In this document: piece by piece, positions 17,375-26,638 of the stretch
Layout: each line of letters starts with the position of its first letter
How positions within the stretch are numbered: the first letter of the stretch is position 1
From: Eubacteriales Family XIII. Incertae Sedis bacterium
GTDB taxonomy: Bacteria; Bacillota; Clostridia; Peptostreptococcales; Anaerovoracaceae
Assembly (NCBI GenBank): GCA_031269205.1
Contig: JAISZM010000163.1
Location: 1 to 47,885, forward strand
Direction: 5' to 3'
Length of the DNA: 47,885 nt
The notes under the pieces: model-generated
The model's database searches: none
The model's input: the letters and a program-made list of their open reading frames with translations, nothing else
Told to the model about the DNA's origin: nothing
Made by a program: the position numbers and the translations under genes

Positions 17375-18526
17375 TTGAACAGTAGAGAAAGGGTTCTGAG
17401 AGCTTTCAGGGTGAAGGAGGGAATGCCGGATCGCATACCCGTCCAGTTCGATTTGTGCAGGTCTTTACAGGATCATTTTGCGGACGAACTCGGCCTCGAG
17501 TCAAAGTACACGAACAACCTGTTCGAGGACGTGACCTACAGGATCAGCGGCAACGAGATCAGGCTCGCCCTCGGGAGCGAGGTCGTCGTCGTCGGCGCTT
17601 CGGAGAGTGCGTCGTTCACGCCGGAGCGGTTCGACGACGGCACGTGGCTGAACGAATACAAGATGCGAATGAGGCAGGGCGACATATACGTGGAGGTCAC
17701 GGAGTACCCGCTCGCGAGCGCGCGGACGCGCGCCGACATAGACGCTTACGAGTGGCCCGACGCGGGCGATCCGTCGCGTTACACGGACGCCGAGGAACTC
17801 ATCGCAAAGTACGGGAACGACTACTTTATCATCGGCGACATCGAGGTCACGATACTCTCGCTCGCGCAGCAGCTCGTGGGCATGGAGAAGCTGCTTATGG
17901 ACATGGCGCTCGAAGAGGAGTACGTCCCGTACCTGTTCGAAAAATGCGAGGCGTTCCAGACGAAGGTCGGACTTGAACTGGTGAAACGCGGCGTCGACGC
18001 GGTATGGGTCGGGGACGACTTCGGCTCCCAACAAAGTCTCCTGTTCTCGCCAGATATGTTCAGGCGCCTGTTGAAAGAACATTACACGCGCCAGGTGCGG
18101 ACACTGAAGGCCGCCAAGAAAACGCTGATTGAGGACGCGCGGCATAGACCTGATCAGCGTGTCCATGAGTCTGAACTCGTCATGATACTGCATTCCGACG
18201 GAGCGGTGAAGATGCTGCTTGACGATATCAAGGACATCGGTTTCGACGTGTTCAATCCCGTACAGCCCGGTGTGCCCGGTCATTCTCCGCGCGAGATCGA
18301 GGACGAGTATGGCGACAAGTTCGCGTTCTGGGGCGGCATCGACCAACAGTACCTGATGCCGAACGGCTCGGACGAGGAACTCGAGGCCGACATCAAGGGA
18401 AAATGCGAAACGCTGGGGGAGGGCGGCGGCTACATGATTGCGCCCGCCCACATCATACAGTCTGACGTTTCGCCGGAGCGAGTGAAGTTTTTCATAGAGA
18501 TGTGCAGAAAGCACGGAGAATACTGA
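17375..18526 (+). CDS. Uroporphyrinogen decarboxylase (URO-D)/MtaA-family methyltransferase-like protein (URO-D1)
   Basis: 383 aa. TTG start 5 nt after GGAGGAG. N-terminus RERVLRAFRVKEGMPDRIPVQFD and the ...ILHSDGAV..., FNPVQP, GGGYMIAPAH blocks are typical of the family. The stop overlaps the ABC ATPase start (TGATG). Confidence 0.75.
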   Translation: MNSRERVLRAFRVKEGMPDRIPVQFDLCRSLQDHFADELGLESKYTNNLFEDVTYRISGNEIRLALGSEVVVVGASESASFTPERFDDGTWLNEYKMRMRQGDIYVEVTEYPLASARTRADIDAYEWPDAGDPSRYTDAEELIAKYGNDYFIIGDIEVTILSLAQQLVGMEKLLMDMALEEEYVPYLFEKCEAFQTKVGLELVKRGVDAVWVGDDFGSQQSLLFSPDMFRRLLKEHYTRQVRTLKAAKKTLIEDARHRPDQRVHESELVMILHSDGAVKMLLDDIKDIGFDVFNPVQPGVPGHSPREIEDEYGDKFAFWGGIDQQYLMPNGSDEELEADIKGKCETLGEGGGYMIAPAHIIQSDVSPERVKFFIEMCRKHGEY

Positions 18527-20022
18527 TGGAAGAGGTGCTCAGGCTCAAAAACATAGTCAAGACGTTCCCAGGGGTACTCGCGCTCGACGATATGAATTTC
18601 GACCTGAGGAAGGGGGAGATTCACGCCATATGCGGCGAGAACGGAGCGGGCAAATCCACGCTCATGAAGATAGTCACAGGCGTCTACAAACAGGACTCGG
18701 GGGAGATACTTTTGGGCGGCGAACCCGTCGTGTTCGAAGATCCGAACGAGGCTTTCGCGAAGGGCGTCGCGATCATCTATCAGGAGACGAGCCTCTTTGA
18801 GGAGATGACGATACTCGAGAACATCTTCCTCGGCCACGAATACGTGAAGAAGGTTGGTCCGCTCACCGTCATCGACTACGCGGGGATGAGGAAGGAGGCG
18901 CTTGAAATATTCAAGGTCATGGACATCGACCTCGATCTCGACGAGCGCGCGAAGAATCTCGGCATGGCGAGCAAGCAGATGGTGGAAATAGCGAAGGCGC
19001 TGTCGCACCACAGCAAGATATTCATTCTTGACGAGCCGACCGCGTCGCTGACGCAGCGCGAGGTGGAGGCTCTGTTCAATATCGTGCGCTCGCTCAGGGA
19101 TCAGGGTGTCGCGATAGCCTACATCAGCCACCGGCTCGAAGAGATATTCGAGCTCTGCGACCGCGTCACGGTCATCCGTGACGGCAAATACATTTCGACG
19201 AAGGACGTCACGACTACAAACAAGGATGAACTCGTCGCCGACATGGTCGGACGCAGCATGGACAATTATTACCCGAAGGCCGACGTGGAGATAGGCGGCG
19301 AACTGATAAGGGTGGAGCGCCTGAATCAGGAAGGCGTACTGAGCGATATCAATTTTCATATCAACAAGGGTGAGATCGTGGGCTTCGCGGGACTTGCCGG
19401 GGCGGGACGCACGGAACTCGCGCTCGCGCTCTGCGGTTTTACGAAGATAGCTTCCGGGGATATCTACATAGAGGGTCGCAAGGCGAGGATACGCAATTAC
19501 CGCGATGCGATGAACGCCGGTTTCGTGTACGTCTCGGAGGATCGCGGCAAGTTCGGCCTCGTCATAGAGATGAGCGTGAAGGAGAATATCACCATGCCTC
19601 AACTGCGCAACGTGAGCAGAGGCGTCTTTCTCGACAACGAGAAGGAACTCGCGCTCGCGGGACGCTTTATCGAGGAGTTCGACATCAGATGCCCGGAGCC
19701 GGATTTCCTGACAGAGAATCTGTCCGGCGGCAATCAGCAGAAGGTGTCCGTGTCGAAGGCCATCGCCATCGCTCCGAAGCTGCTCTTTCTCGACGAGCCG
19801 ACACGCGGCGTCGATGTCGGGTCGAAGGCCGAGATACATGGCATAGTCAGCGCGTTGGCTCAGCGCGGCGCGACGATATTCATGATAAGTTCCGAGATGC
19901 CCGAGCTCATCGGCATGTGCGACCGCATATATATCATGAAGAATGGCACGATAGCGGGCGAGGTGAGCAGGGCTGAGGCGACGCAGGAGAAAATCCTGAA
20001 GGTCGCGTTGCACATGGACTGA
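18526..20022 (+). CDS. Sugar ABC transporter ATP-binding protein (two fused ABC domains, RhaT/RbsA-like)
   Basis: Two Walker A motifs (GENGAGKST, GLAGAGRTE), two signature motifs (MASKQMVEI / LSGGNQQKV) and two Walker B motifs (ILDEPT, LFLDEPT). Confidence 0.92.
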   Translation: MEEVLRLKNIVKTFPGVLALDDMNFDLRKGEIHAICGENGAGKSTLMKIVTGVYKQDSGEILLGGEPVVFEDPNEAFAKGVAIIYQETSLFEEMTILENIFLGHEYVKKVGPLTVIDYAGMRKEALEIFKVMDIDLDLDERAKNLGMASKQMVEIAKALSHHSKIFILDEPTASLTQREVEALFNIVRSLRDQGVAIAYISHRLEEIFELCDRVTVIRDGKYISTKDVTTTNKDELVADMVGRSMDNYYPKADVEIGGELIRVERLNQEGVLSDINFHINKGEIVGFAGLAGAGRTELALALCGFTKIASGDIYIEGRKARIRNYRDAMNAGFVYVSEDRGKFGLVIEMSVKENITMPQLRNVSRGVFLDNEKELALAGRFIEEFDIRCPEPDFLTENLSGGNQQKVSVSKAIAIAPKLLFLDEPTRGVDVGSKAEIHGIVSALAQRGATIFMISSEMPELIGMCDRIYIMKNGTIAGEVSRAEATQEKILKVALHMD

Positions 20023-20037
20023 CGGGAGGTTTTTGGC

Positions 20038-21084
20038 ATGGAGCAAACGTCTCTGAGACAGGCCCCTGACGGCAAGGGGAAATTCAAGAAAATGCTCACG
20101 ACGGAGTTCTATCTCCTCGTGTTTCTCGTCGCCATCCTCGTGATGATGAGGATTGCGGCGCCGGACTTTTACTCGCTGAACACGATCATGACCGTGCTTA
20201 ACTATTTCAGCTATCTGCTAATAGCGGCCATCGGCATGAACCTCATCATCATCACGTCGAATATCGATGTCGCGGCTGGCGCTATCATGTCCGTTGTGGC
20301 CATTGTCATCGCCTTTGTCGGTAAGACGGGCGCGCCGTTGCCTGTGTTCATGGCCGTGGGCATGGTGGTGGGTCTGGTTCTCTCGTGGGTGAACGGGCTT
20401 TTCATCACGAAGCTGAAGATACCGGCCATCGTCGCGACGCTCGCGACGACGCAGCTTTTCGTCGGGGCGTTGCCTCTGGTTGTCGAGGGTTCCATCTATG
20501 ACCTGCCCGCGAGTTTCACCTGGCTCGCGTTCCGCGCGAAACTCTTCGGGGCGCTGCCCGCGAGCGTCGTGTTCGCCGCGGTCATAACCGTCGGGTTCAT
20601 GCTCTTCATGCGCTACTCGAGATTTTCAAAAAAACTTTACGCGGTCGGCAACAACAAGTACGCCGCGACTTTGACGGGCATCAACGTGAACAAGGTGATG
20701 ATACTTGCCTTCGTCATAGCGGGTCCGCTCTACGGCATAGCGGGTACGATCATCGCGACGGGCGGGCAGCGCGTCACGACCACGATGGCGAACGGGTTCG
20801 AGATGACGCTCATAGCGGCCGTCGTGCTCGGCGGCACCAGCATCGCGGGCGGCAGCGGAAAGATCATAGGGACCGTGCTCGGGGCTTTCATCCTGTCGCT
20901 TATCACCCCTGCGATGAACTACATCGGCATGAGTTCCGACTGGTCGGACGCGGTCATGGGCGGCATCATACTGCTCGCTGTCGTCGTCGCGTCGATCAGC
21001 ACGCTTACGAAGAAAAAGAAGACGATTGTTGTTCCGGACGCGGTCGTGTCCGCGTCGGCGTCATCGTCGGGGGAGGTGAAGTAG
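20038..21084 (+). CDS. Sugar ABC transporter permease (RbsC/RhaP-like)
   Basis: 348 aa polytopic membrane protein with ...IDVAAGAIM... and LGGTSIAGGSGKI motifs typical of the RbsC family. Confidence 0.88.
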   Translation: MEQTSLRQAPDGKGKFKKMLTTEFYLLVFLVAILVMMRIAAPDFYSLNTIMTVLNYFSYLLIAAIGMNLIIITSNIDVAAGAIMSVVAIVIAFVGKTGAPLPVFMAVGMVVGLVLSWVNGLFITKLKIPAIVATLATTQLFVGALPLVVEGSIYDLPASFTWLAFRAKLFGALPASVVFAAVITVGFMLFMRYSRFSKKLYAVGNNKYAATLTGINVNKVMILAFVIAGPLYGIAGTIIATGGQRVTTTMANGFEMTLIAAVVLGGTSIAGGSGKIIGTVLGAFILSLITPAMNYIGMSSDWSDAVMGGIILLAVVVASISTLTKKKKTIVVPDAVVSASASSSGEVK

Positions 21085-21085
21085 C

Positions 21086-22120
21086 ATGGCAGACGGCATG
21101 GAAACACTCGCGACGCCAAAGGTGAAAAAGAGGTTCGGCGTAAACTTCAATATCGCGCTCATCCTCATACTCATCGCGCTCATTGCTGTCATCGGGACGG
21201 TCAACCCGACCTTTGTGACGTACAATTACCTGATGGCGGTCGTAGTGAAGAACATCATGGAGATCGGTCTCATGGCGCTGCCGATGACGCTCATCGTCAT
21301 CACGGCGGGCATCGATCTGTCCGTCGGATCGATCATGATATTCTCGGCTATCGCGGGAGGCATGGCTGCCGCGTCCATGGGCGACGGCATGGGAGTGATC
21401 GTCACTCTGCTGGTGGGCGCGGGCTGCGGACTCGTGAACGGACTCGTCATAGTGAAACTGAAAATCAACGCGCTCATAACGACGCTCGCGACATTTTTTC
21501 TGTTCCGCGGAATAGCGAAGGGCATCACTCACGGCGACAGCGTGTACTCGTACGACTTCACGACGTTCGCCGGCAACACGGACATAAAGGGCGTACCCCT
21601 CGTCCTCATCGTATTCATCGCCGCCGCGATCATCTTCACCTTGCTGTTGTCGAAGACGGGATTCGGGCGCAGTCTCTACGCGCTCGGGATGAACGAGAAC
21701 GCGACGAGGTATTCCGGTATCAACGCGGACAGGACGCTGATCATCATCTACATCATCTCGGGCGTCGTCTGCGCGATCGCGGCCTTCTTCTATCTCGGTC
21801 GCTTCACGAGCGTCAAGTTCGACGTGGCGAACAGCATGAACCTGAAGGTGGTTACGGTCATCGTACTCGGCGGCACAAGCATCCTTGGCGGCGTCGGCGA
21901 TATGAGGGGGACGATCATCGCCATCTTCATTATAGCCGTGTTGAACAGCGGCCTCACCGTCATGGACATACCCATCGATGTGCAGACGATCATACAGGGT
22001 ACGGTTCTCATCATATCGCTCATCGTGTATTCGATACTCGGCGAGCGCGCGAAGAAGCGCCGCGTCATAGAGGTGAGCAAGGAGGACGAGCCGAGGCTCG
22101 TCGACAAGGCTCCGGCCTGA
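21086..22120 (+). CDS. Sugar ABC transporter permease (RbsC/RhaQ-like)
   Basis: 344 aa paralog of the previous gene (GIDLSVGSIM, LGGTSILGGVGDM). Confidence 0.88.
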   Translation: MADGMETLATPKVKKRFGVNFNIALILILIALIAVIGTVNPTFVTYNYLMAVVVKNIMEIGLMALPMTLIVITAGIDLSVGSIMIFSAIAGGMAAASMGDGMGVIVTLLVGAGCGLVNGLVIVKLKINALITTLATFFLFRGIAKGITHGDSVYSYDFTTFAGNTDIKGVPLVLIVFIAAAIIFTLLLSKTGFGRSLYALGMNENATRYSGINADRTLIIIYIISGVVCAIAAFFYLGRFTSVKFDVANSMNLKVVTVIVLGGTSILGGVGDMRGTIIAIFIIAVLNSGLTVMDIPIDVQTIIQGTVLIISLIVYSILGERAKKRRVIEVSKEDEPRLVDKAPA

Positions 22121-22259
22121 TGTATCTTTTACGGCTCGCGGCCAGCGGTCTGTCGCAGAAGACACCTTGCCGCGCCGCGCGCCGTTTGAAGATAGGATAG
22201 GAAGGAAGTTATTGGAGAAGTTATAGAGGTAAAAGGTAGTTAAGTAAAAGGAGGAAGAC

Positions 22260-23432
22260 ATGATAAGGAAGAAGAGATTTACATTGGTATTGGTTATCGC
22301 TCTCGCGGTTGTGGTCGCTTTCGCGTTCGGCGCGTGCGGTGGCGGAGAACAGCCGGCCGAAGAGCCTCCGGCCGACACCCCAACCGAGGAACCCCCGGTG
22401 GAAACAGAGACGGAATCGGACGACGTGGAGCCGGCGGCGGTCAAGGTGACAATCGCGATGTTGCCGAAGTTCAAAGGTGAGAACTACTTCGATGCTGTCA
22501 AAGTAGGCGCTGAGGAAGCGGTTGCGGAACTGGTGGGCGAAGGCGCCGACGTGGAACTGCTCTACGATGGCCCTCCGCAGAACGACGCGACAAACCAGAA
22601 TCAGGTCAACATCCTCGAGGGATGGATCGCTCAGGGCGTGAACGCGATACTCGTATCGCCGAACGATCCGACGGCCATCGCTCCCACGCTGAAGAAGGCG
22701 ATGGAAGGCGGCATCAAGGTGCTGACGTTTGACGCGGACGCCGATCCCGACGCGCGCGACCTGTTCATCAATCAGGGTTCCTACGACGCCATCGGCAGCG
22801 GCATGGTCAAGGCCGTCGCGAGCAAGCTGACGGAGAAGGGCTACGGCCCGGACAAGACGGCCAATCTCGGCATCGTGTCGTCAGCCAAGACGGACGCCAA
22901 CCAGAACGCGTGGCTCGACGCAATCAAGGCGCTCATAGCGACCGACGAGTATAGCTGGCTGAAGATCGCGAACGAGGAGACGGACGTCTACTATCCGGGT
23001 CCGGACGAGACCGAGACGCAGAAGCAGTCGGGTACGCTGATCTCGAGGATGGGCGACGGCGCCGACCAGATCCAAGCGGCCATCGGCCTGACCTCCATGG
23101 CGACGCCGGCGCTCGGCGCGCAGTACGAGTCCGCGGCTTCCAAGCCGGATGCGACGAAGGTCACGATGACGGGCCTCGCCACACCGAACGCCCTGAAGGA
23201 TTACATCAAGAACGACGCTAATCCGCTTGACACGGGCGTCCTCTGGAACTGCATGGATCTCGGCTATCTGTCTGTTGAGGCCGCGTATCAGTACGCGTCC
23301 GGAACGATAACGCCGGAGTCGACCACGATGACGACTTCGCGCCTCGGAGAGAGAGAAATCGCCGACAAGGTCATCCTGCTCGGAGATGCGCTCATCTTCG
23401 ATAAGGCCAACATCGACGAGTTCAACTATTGA
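22260..23432 (+). CDS. Lipoprotein sugar-binding protein of the ABC transporter (Peripla_BP_4 / RhaS-like)
   Basis: Signal peptide with lipobox AFGAC, an acidic Pro/Glu-rich linker, then a PBP type I fold (KVTIAMLPKFKGENYFDAV...). Strong AAGGAGG SD after a 139-nt purine-rich spacer. Confidence 0.8.
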   Translation: MIRKKRFTLVLVIALAVVVAFAFGACGGGEQPAEEPPADTPTEEPPVETETESDDVEPAAVKVTIAMLPKFKGENYFDAVKVGAEEAVAELVGEGADVELLYDGPPQNDATNQNQVNILEGWIAQGVNAILVSPNDPTAIAPTLKKAMEGGIKVLTFDADADPDARDLFINQGSYDAIGSGMVKAVASKLTEKGYGPDKTANLGIVSSAKTDANQNAWLDAIKALIATDEYSWLKIANEETDVYYPGPDETETQKQSGTLISRMGDGADQIQAAIGLTSMATPALGAQYESAASKPDATKVTMTGLATPNALKDYIKNDANPLDTGVLWNCMDLGYLSVEAAYQYASGTITPESTTMTTSRLGEREIADKVILLGDALIFDKANIDEFNY

Positions 23433-23472
23433 CGGAGGAGCCGGTTCGGCAGGATCGGTTTATCCGCTCATC

Positions 23473-23501
23473 GAAGGGCGCCCGTAAACAGGGCGCTCTT
23501 C
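23473..23501 (+). terminator. Hairpin GAAGGGCGCCC-GTAAACA-GGGCGCTCTTC downstream of the SBP gene
   Basis: 11-bp stem with one mismatch. No U-tract. Confidence 0.35.
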
Positions 23502-23561
23502 AGTATAGTGTATCCGGCATGGACGACGACCTGGCGGTGGAAGTCCGCTCCTCCTCGATTT

Positions 23562-23579
23562 TTCGTACAATCCGTACTA
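23562..23579 (+). promoter_or_regulatory. Copy A of the shared 18-nt element TTCGTACAATCCGTACTA, upstream of the URO-D2/corrinoid protein operon
   Basis: Identical 18-mer on the minus strand at 35727-35744, upstream of cooC/acsA. There is a partial copy at 41534-41552. All three have the same orientation relative to the downstream genes. Confidence 0.5.
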
Positions 23580-23639
23580 AAAAGTTCGACATAAATCGCT
23601 CCAAACGTCCGATTGAAAGCGCGTGGCATGGATTGTTTT

Positions 23640-23650
23640 TGTGATAAAAT
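23640..23650 (+). promoter_or_regulatory. Extended -10 promoter element TGTGATAAAAT upstream of URO-D2
   Basis: TRTGn + TAAAAT geometry. The same 11-mer recurs at 47260-47270. Confidence 0.35.
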
Positions 23651-23694
23651 CGATAACAGCCTATAGTAGTCTTTGGTGTTTAAGGAGGTGAGTT

Positions 23695-24954
23695 ATGGCG
23701 AATATGCAGGAATTGTATGACGCAAGACTGAAGAGGGTCGCGGACGCGGTTCAGCTTATCGAACCTGATCGGGTGCCGATCGTGCCGGTATTTCAGGCTT
23801 TCCCGGTGTATTACGCGAGGGAAAAGACGAATGTGCAGTATACCATCAAGGATCTGTTGGAAGACTGGAACAAGACCGCCGACGTCTATGACGTCTTCTA
23901 CGAGCATTTTAAACCGGATCTCGGTTGGGATCCGATCTTGTTTTTTCCGACTCCGTATATGGAGAGTAGCGGCATCACTTGGTTCAGGTGGCCGGGCAAG
24001 CATTTCGACGATACCATGACGATGTACCAGTACATCGAAGGCGACTATATGAAGGCCGACGAGTATGTCGAAGCGACGCGTGACCTGACGAAATTCATGA
24101 TGAACAAATGGATACCGCGCAGTTTCGCGAATCTGCAGGGCATGGCGAAGATCGACTTCCGCAACGCGATGTGGTTCGGCCATATGGGCGAGTTTGCCGC
24201 CTTCTCCGACCCGGAGGTCATCGAGACGTTCGAGACGCTCGTCAAGACGGGAAAGGTGCTGCTTGACTGGTTCACCTTCCTCGGCGGGTATCAGGCGCGC
24301 ATGAAGGAGAAGTTTGGCATTCCGCCGCTCTACGCGAGTTTTGCCTACGCGCCTTTCGACATGATAGGCGACAGTATGCGCGGCACGACCGAGATACTCA
24401 TGGATATGTACGACCGTCCGGACGAACTCCTCGCTATGCTCGACGTCGTGACGGACAACGCGATAGCGGACACGATAGCGGGTAGCCAAGGCAAGGCTGT
24501 CCCCTACGTCTATTGGTGGCTGCACAAAGGCGTCGACGATTTTATGTCGAACAAGCAGTTCGAGAAATTCTATTGGCCCTCGCTGCGCAAACATATACTG
24601 GGCGTCATTGACGCGGGCTTCACTCCCGTGATCTACGTCGAGGGCGCGTACAACAACCGTCTCGAATACCTGAAGGAAATCCCTCCGAAGAAGGCAGTCT
24701 TCAACTTTGAGTACACCGACATGGCCACTGCGAAGAAGGTGCTCGGCGGGCACTCGTGCATCGCCGGCAACGTGAAGGCATTCACGCTCAGCTACGGCTC
24801 GAAGGAGGACACGGTCAACGAGGTCAAGCGACTCATCGACACCTGCGCGCCCGGAGGCGGATACATCCTCGATACAGGGACGATGGTCGACGACGCGAAA
24901 GTCGAGAATATCGAGGCGATGTTTGAAACGGTAGAAACTTACGGCAGAAGATAG
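23695..24954 (+). CDS. URO-D-family protein (URO-D2), candidate substrate:corrinoid methyltransferase (MT-I)
   Basis: 419 aa. AAGGAGG SD. N-terminus ...RLKRVADAVQLIEPDRVPIVP and C-terminus ...GGGYILDTG are typical of the URO-D/MtaA superfamily. A corrinoid protein gene follows. Confidence 0.7.
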   Translation: MANMQELYDARLKRVADAVQLIEPDRVPIVPVFQAFPVYYAREKTNVQYTIKDLLEDWNKTADVYDVFYEHFKPDLGWDPILFFPTPYMESSGITWFRWPGKHFDDTMTMYQYIEGDYMKADEYVEATRDLTKFMMNKWIPRSFANLQGMAKIDFRNAMWFGHMGEFAAFSDPEVIETFETLVKTGKVLLDWFTFLGGYQARMKEKFGIPPLYASFAYAPFDMIGDSMRGTTEILMDMYDRPDELLAMLDVVTDNAIADTIAGSQGKAVPYVYWWLHKGVDDFMSNKQFEKFYWPSLRKHILGVIDAGFTPVIYVEGAYNNRLEYLKEIPPKKAVFNFEYTDMATAKKVLGGHSCIAGNVKAFTLSYGSKEDTVNEVKRLIDTCAPGGGYILDTGTMVDDAKVENIEAMFETVETYGRR

Positions 24955-25105
24955 GGCGCGGTCGGTTGCGCGGCGCGCAACGGGGAGTTCCCCTCGCCGC
25001 TCTGTTATCTGTTATATGGTATAGCCAGAGAGTGTCTGTCAGGCGCGTTGAAGCGTAAGGCGTGACAGAGACAACCTTTATGAGGCAAGAAGGGAGAAGG
25101 ACAGC

Positions 25106-25735
25106 ATGGATTTTCAGGAACTTATCGAATCGGTGAAGAAGGGCGACGCGAACACTGTGGCCACCTTGGTGCAACAGGGTCTGGACGAAAATGTGGATCC
25201 GCAGAGCATCCTCGACGATGGTCTGCTTAAGGCGATGAACGAGATTGGCGTGAAGTTCAAGAACAACGAGGTCTTTGTCCCCGAAGTTCTTATCGCGGCG
25301 CGCGCGCTGAACGCGGGTACGGCGGTGCTCAAGGAGAACAAGGTCGGCGATAACTCCAATTCGGCCGGCAAGGTTATCATCGCGACCGTCTCGGGCGATC
25401 TGCACGATATAGGCAAGAATCTCGTGAAAATGATGATGGAGAGCGTGGGCTTCGAAGTCATAGACCTCGGTGTGGACGTGACCGCGGACAAGATCGTAGA
25501 GGCTGTTAAGAGCAGCAACGCTGACATCGTGGCTCTGTCCGCGCTTCTGACTACGACGATGGCGTACCAGCGCACGGTCGTTGAGGCACTGAAGGAAGCC
25601 GGCGTACGCGACAAAGTGAAGGTCATGATAGGTGGCGCGCCCACGACACAGGCGTTTTGCGACGACATAGGGGCTGACGGGTATACGGCCGACGCGCCGA
25701 GCGCGGCCGACAAGGCGCGCGAACTGCTCGCGTGA
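25106..25735 (+). CDS. Corrinoid (B12-binding) protein, MtaC/MtbC/O-demethylase CP type
   Basis: 209 aa. N-terminal helical B12-binding_2 domain followed by a Rossmann B12 domain with a DxHxxG motif (SGDLHDIGKN) and ...ALSALLTTTM.... Confidence 0.88.
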   Translation: MDFQELIESVKKGDANTVATLVQQGLDENVDPQSILDDGLLKAMNEIGVKFKNNEVFVPEVLIAARALNAGTAVLKENKVGDNSNSAGKVIIATVSGDLHDIGKNLVKMMMESVGFEVIDLGVDVTADKIVEAVKSSNADIVALSALLTTTMAYQRTVVEALKEAGVRDKVKVMIGGAPTTQAFCDDIGADGYTADAPSAADKARELLA

Positions 25736-25754
25736 TTCTCGCGCGAGCGCGGCG

Positions 25755-26558
25755 TTACGGTTGCCCGATATCCCCGTTGCGGAATGCCGTCAGGTAGTTC
25801 ATGCTGTAGTTGTCCTTGCCGAGCAGAGCTTCGGTGGCGAATATGGCCGCGCGCATATCCTCGGCGGTCGGATCTATGATTGCGCTGTCCATGCCGGTGG
25901 ACATAGCCAGCGTCAGGAACACCCTGTTGATTGATCTGCGGTAGGGCAATCCGTAGCTGATATTGCTCAGTCCGGATGTGATGTGTACGTCGGGATACCT
26001 TTCTTTGATGATACGCACCGCGTCGCCGAAGCTCGCGAACGCGTCGCTCGTCGTCGCGAGCGTCGTGACGAGCGGATCGATAAAGAGGCGCTCCTGCGCA
26101 ATTCCCATCGCCGCGGCCTTCTCTATGATGTCGCCGGCAATCGTCGCTTTGATTTCCGGGTCGGTCGGTATGCCGTTCTCGTCGTCGCACGTGAGAGCTA
26201 CGACACTCCACTCCGTGTCCGCTATCACGGGGAAGAGTTTCTCGCATTTGTCGCCCTCGCCGGAAACCGAGTTGATGAGTCCGGGTTTTTTCGCGAGGGG
26301 AATCATGTCGATGATGGTCGATACGTCCGAACTGTCGATCGACAGGGGAGTATCGGTCGTTTCCTGAATGATCCCGATCAGCCATTCCAGCGTCTCGTGT
26401 TCGATCCCCGGATCGGTACCCGCGCATACGTCTATGTAGGCGGAGCCGTACTTCGACTGCTTTTCCGCAAGTTCCCTGATGAAGCCGTCGTCCTTATCCT
26501 CGATCGCTTTGAGGGTAGACGGAATAAAGCCGTTGATTTTTTCGCCGATAATTATCAT
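25755..26558 (-). CDS. Pterin-binding methyltransferase (MtrH/AcsE-like), candidate methyl-corrinoid:tetrahydrofolate methyltransferase (MT-II)
   Basis: The ORF track extends to 26756. I prefer the ATG at 26558 (MIIIGEKINGF...), which sits 7 nt after GGAGGA. Blocks IDVCAG, SIDSS, INSVSGE and GLSNISYGLP are typical of the pterin-binding DHPS-like fold. Confidence 0.75.
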   Translation of the reverse strand: MIIIGEKINGFIPSTLKAIEDKDDGFIRELAEKQSKYGSAYIDVCAGTDPGIEHETLEWLIGIIQETTDTPLSIDSSDVSTIIDMIPLAKKPGLINSVSGEGDKCEKLFPVIADTEWSVVALTCDDENGIPTDPEIKATIAGDIIEKAAAMGIAQERLFIDPLVTTLATTSDAFASFGDAVRIIKERYPDVHITSGLSNISYGLPYRRSINRVFLTLAMSTGMDSAIIDPTAEDMRAAIFATEALLGKDNYSMNYLTAFRNGDIGQP

Positions 26559-26638
26559 GGTAATTCCTCCGTTCCTTTCATGTGGTTTGCGCTGTTCCCG
26601 GGCAGTCTTTGGATACGGCGCGACTTTGGTGAACCCGC

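Noticed and set aside
24955-25105. Cobalamin riboswitch near the corrinoid protein genes (also checked at 40846-40900 and 41533-41742).
   Set aside because: No B12-box-like core was seen and the spacers are short. The hairpins present (GTTGCGC-GGC-GCGCAAC, GGGGA-GT-TCCCC) look like simple intercistronic structures.
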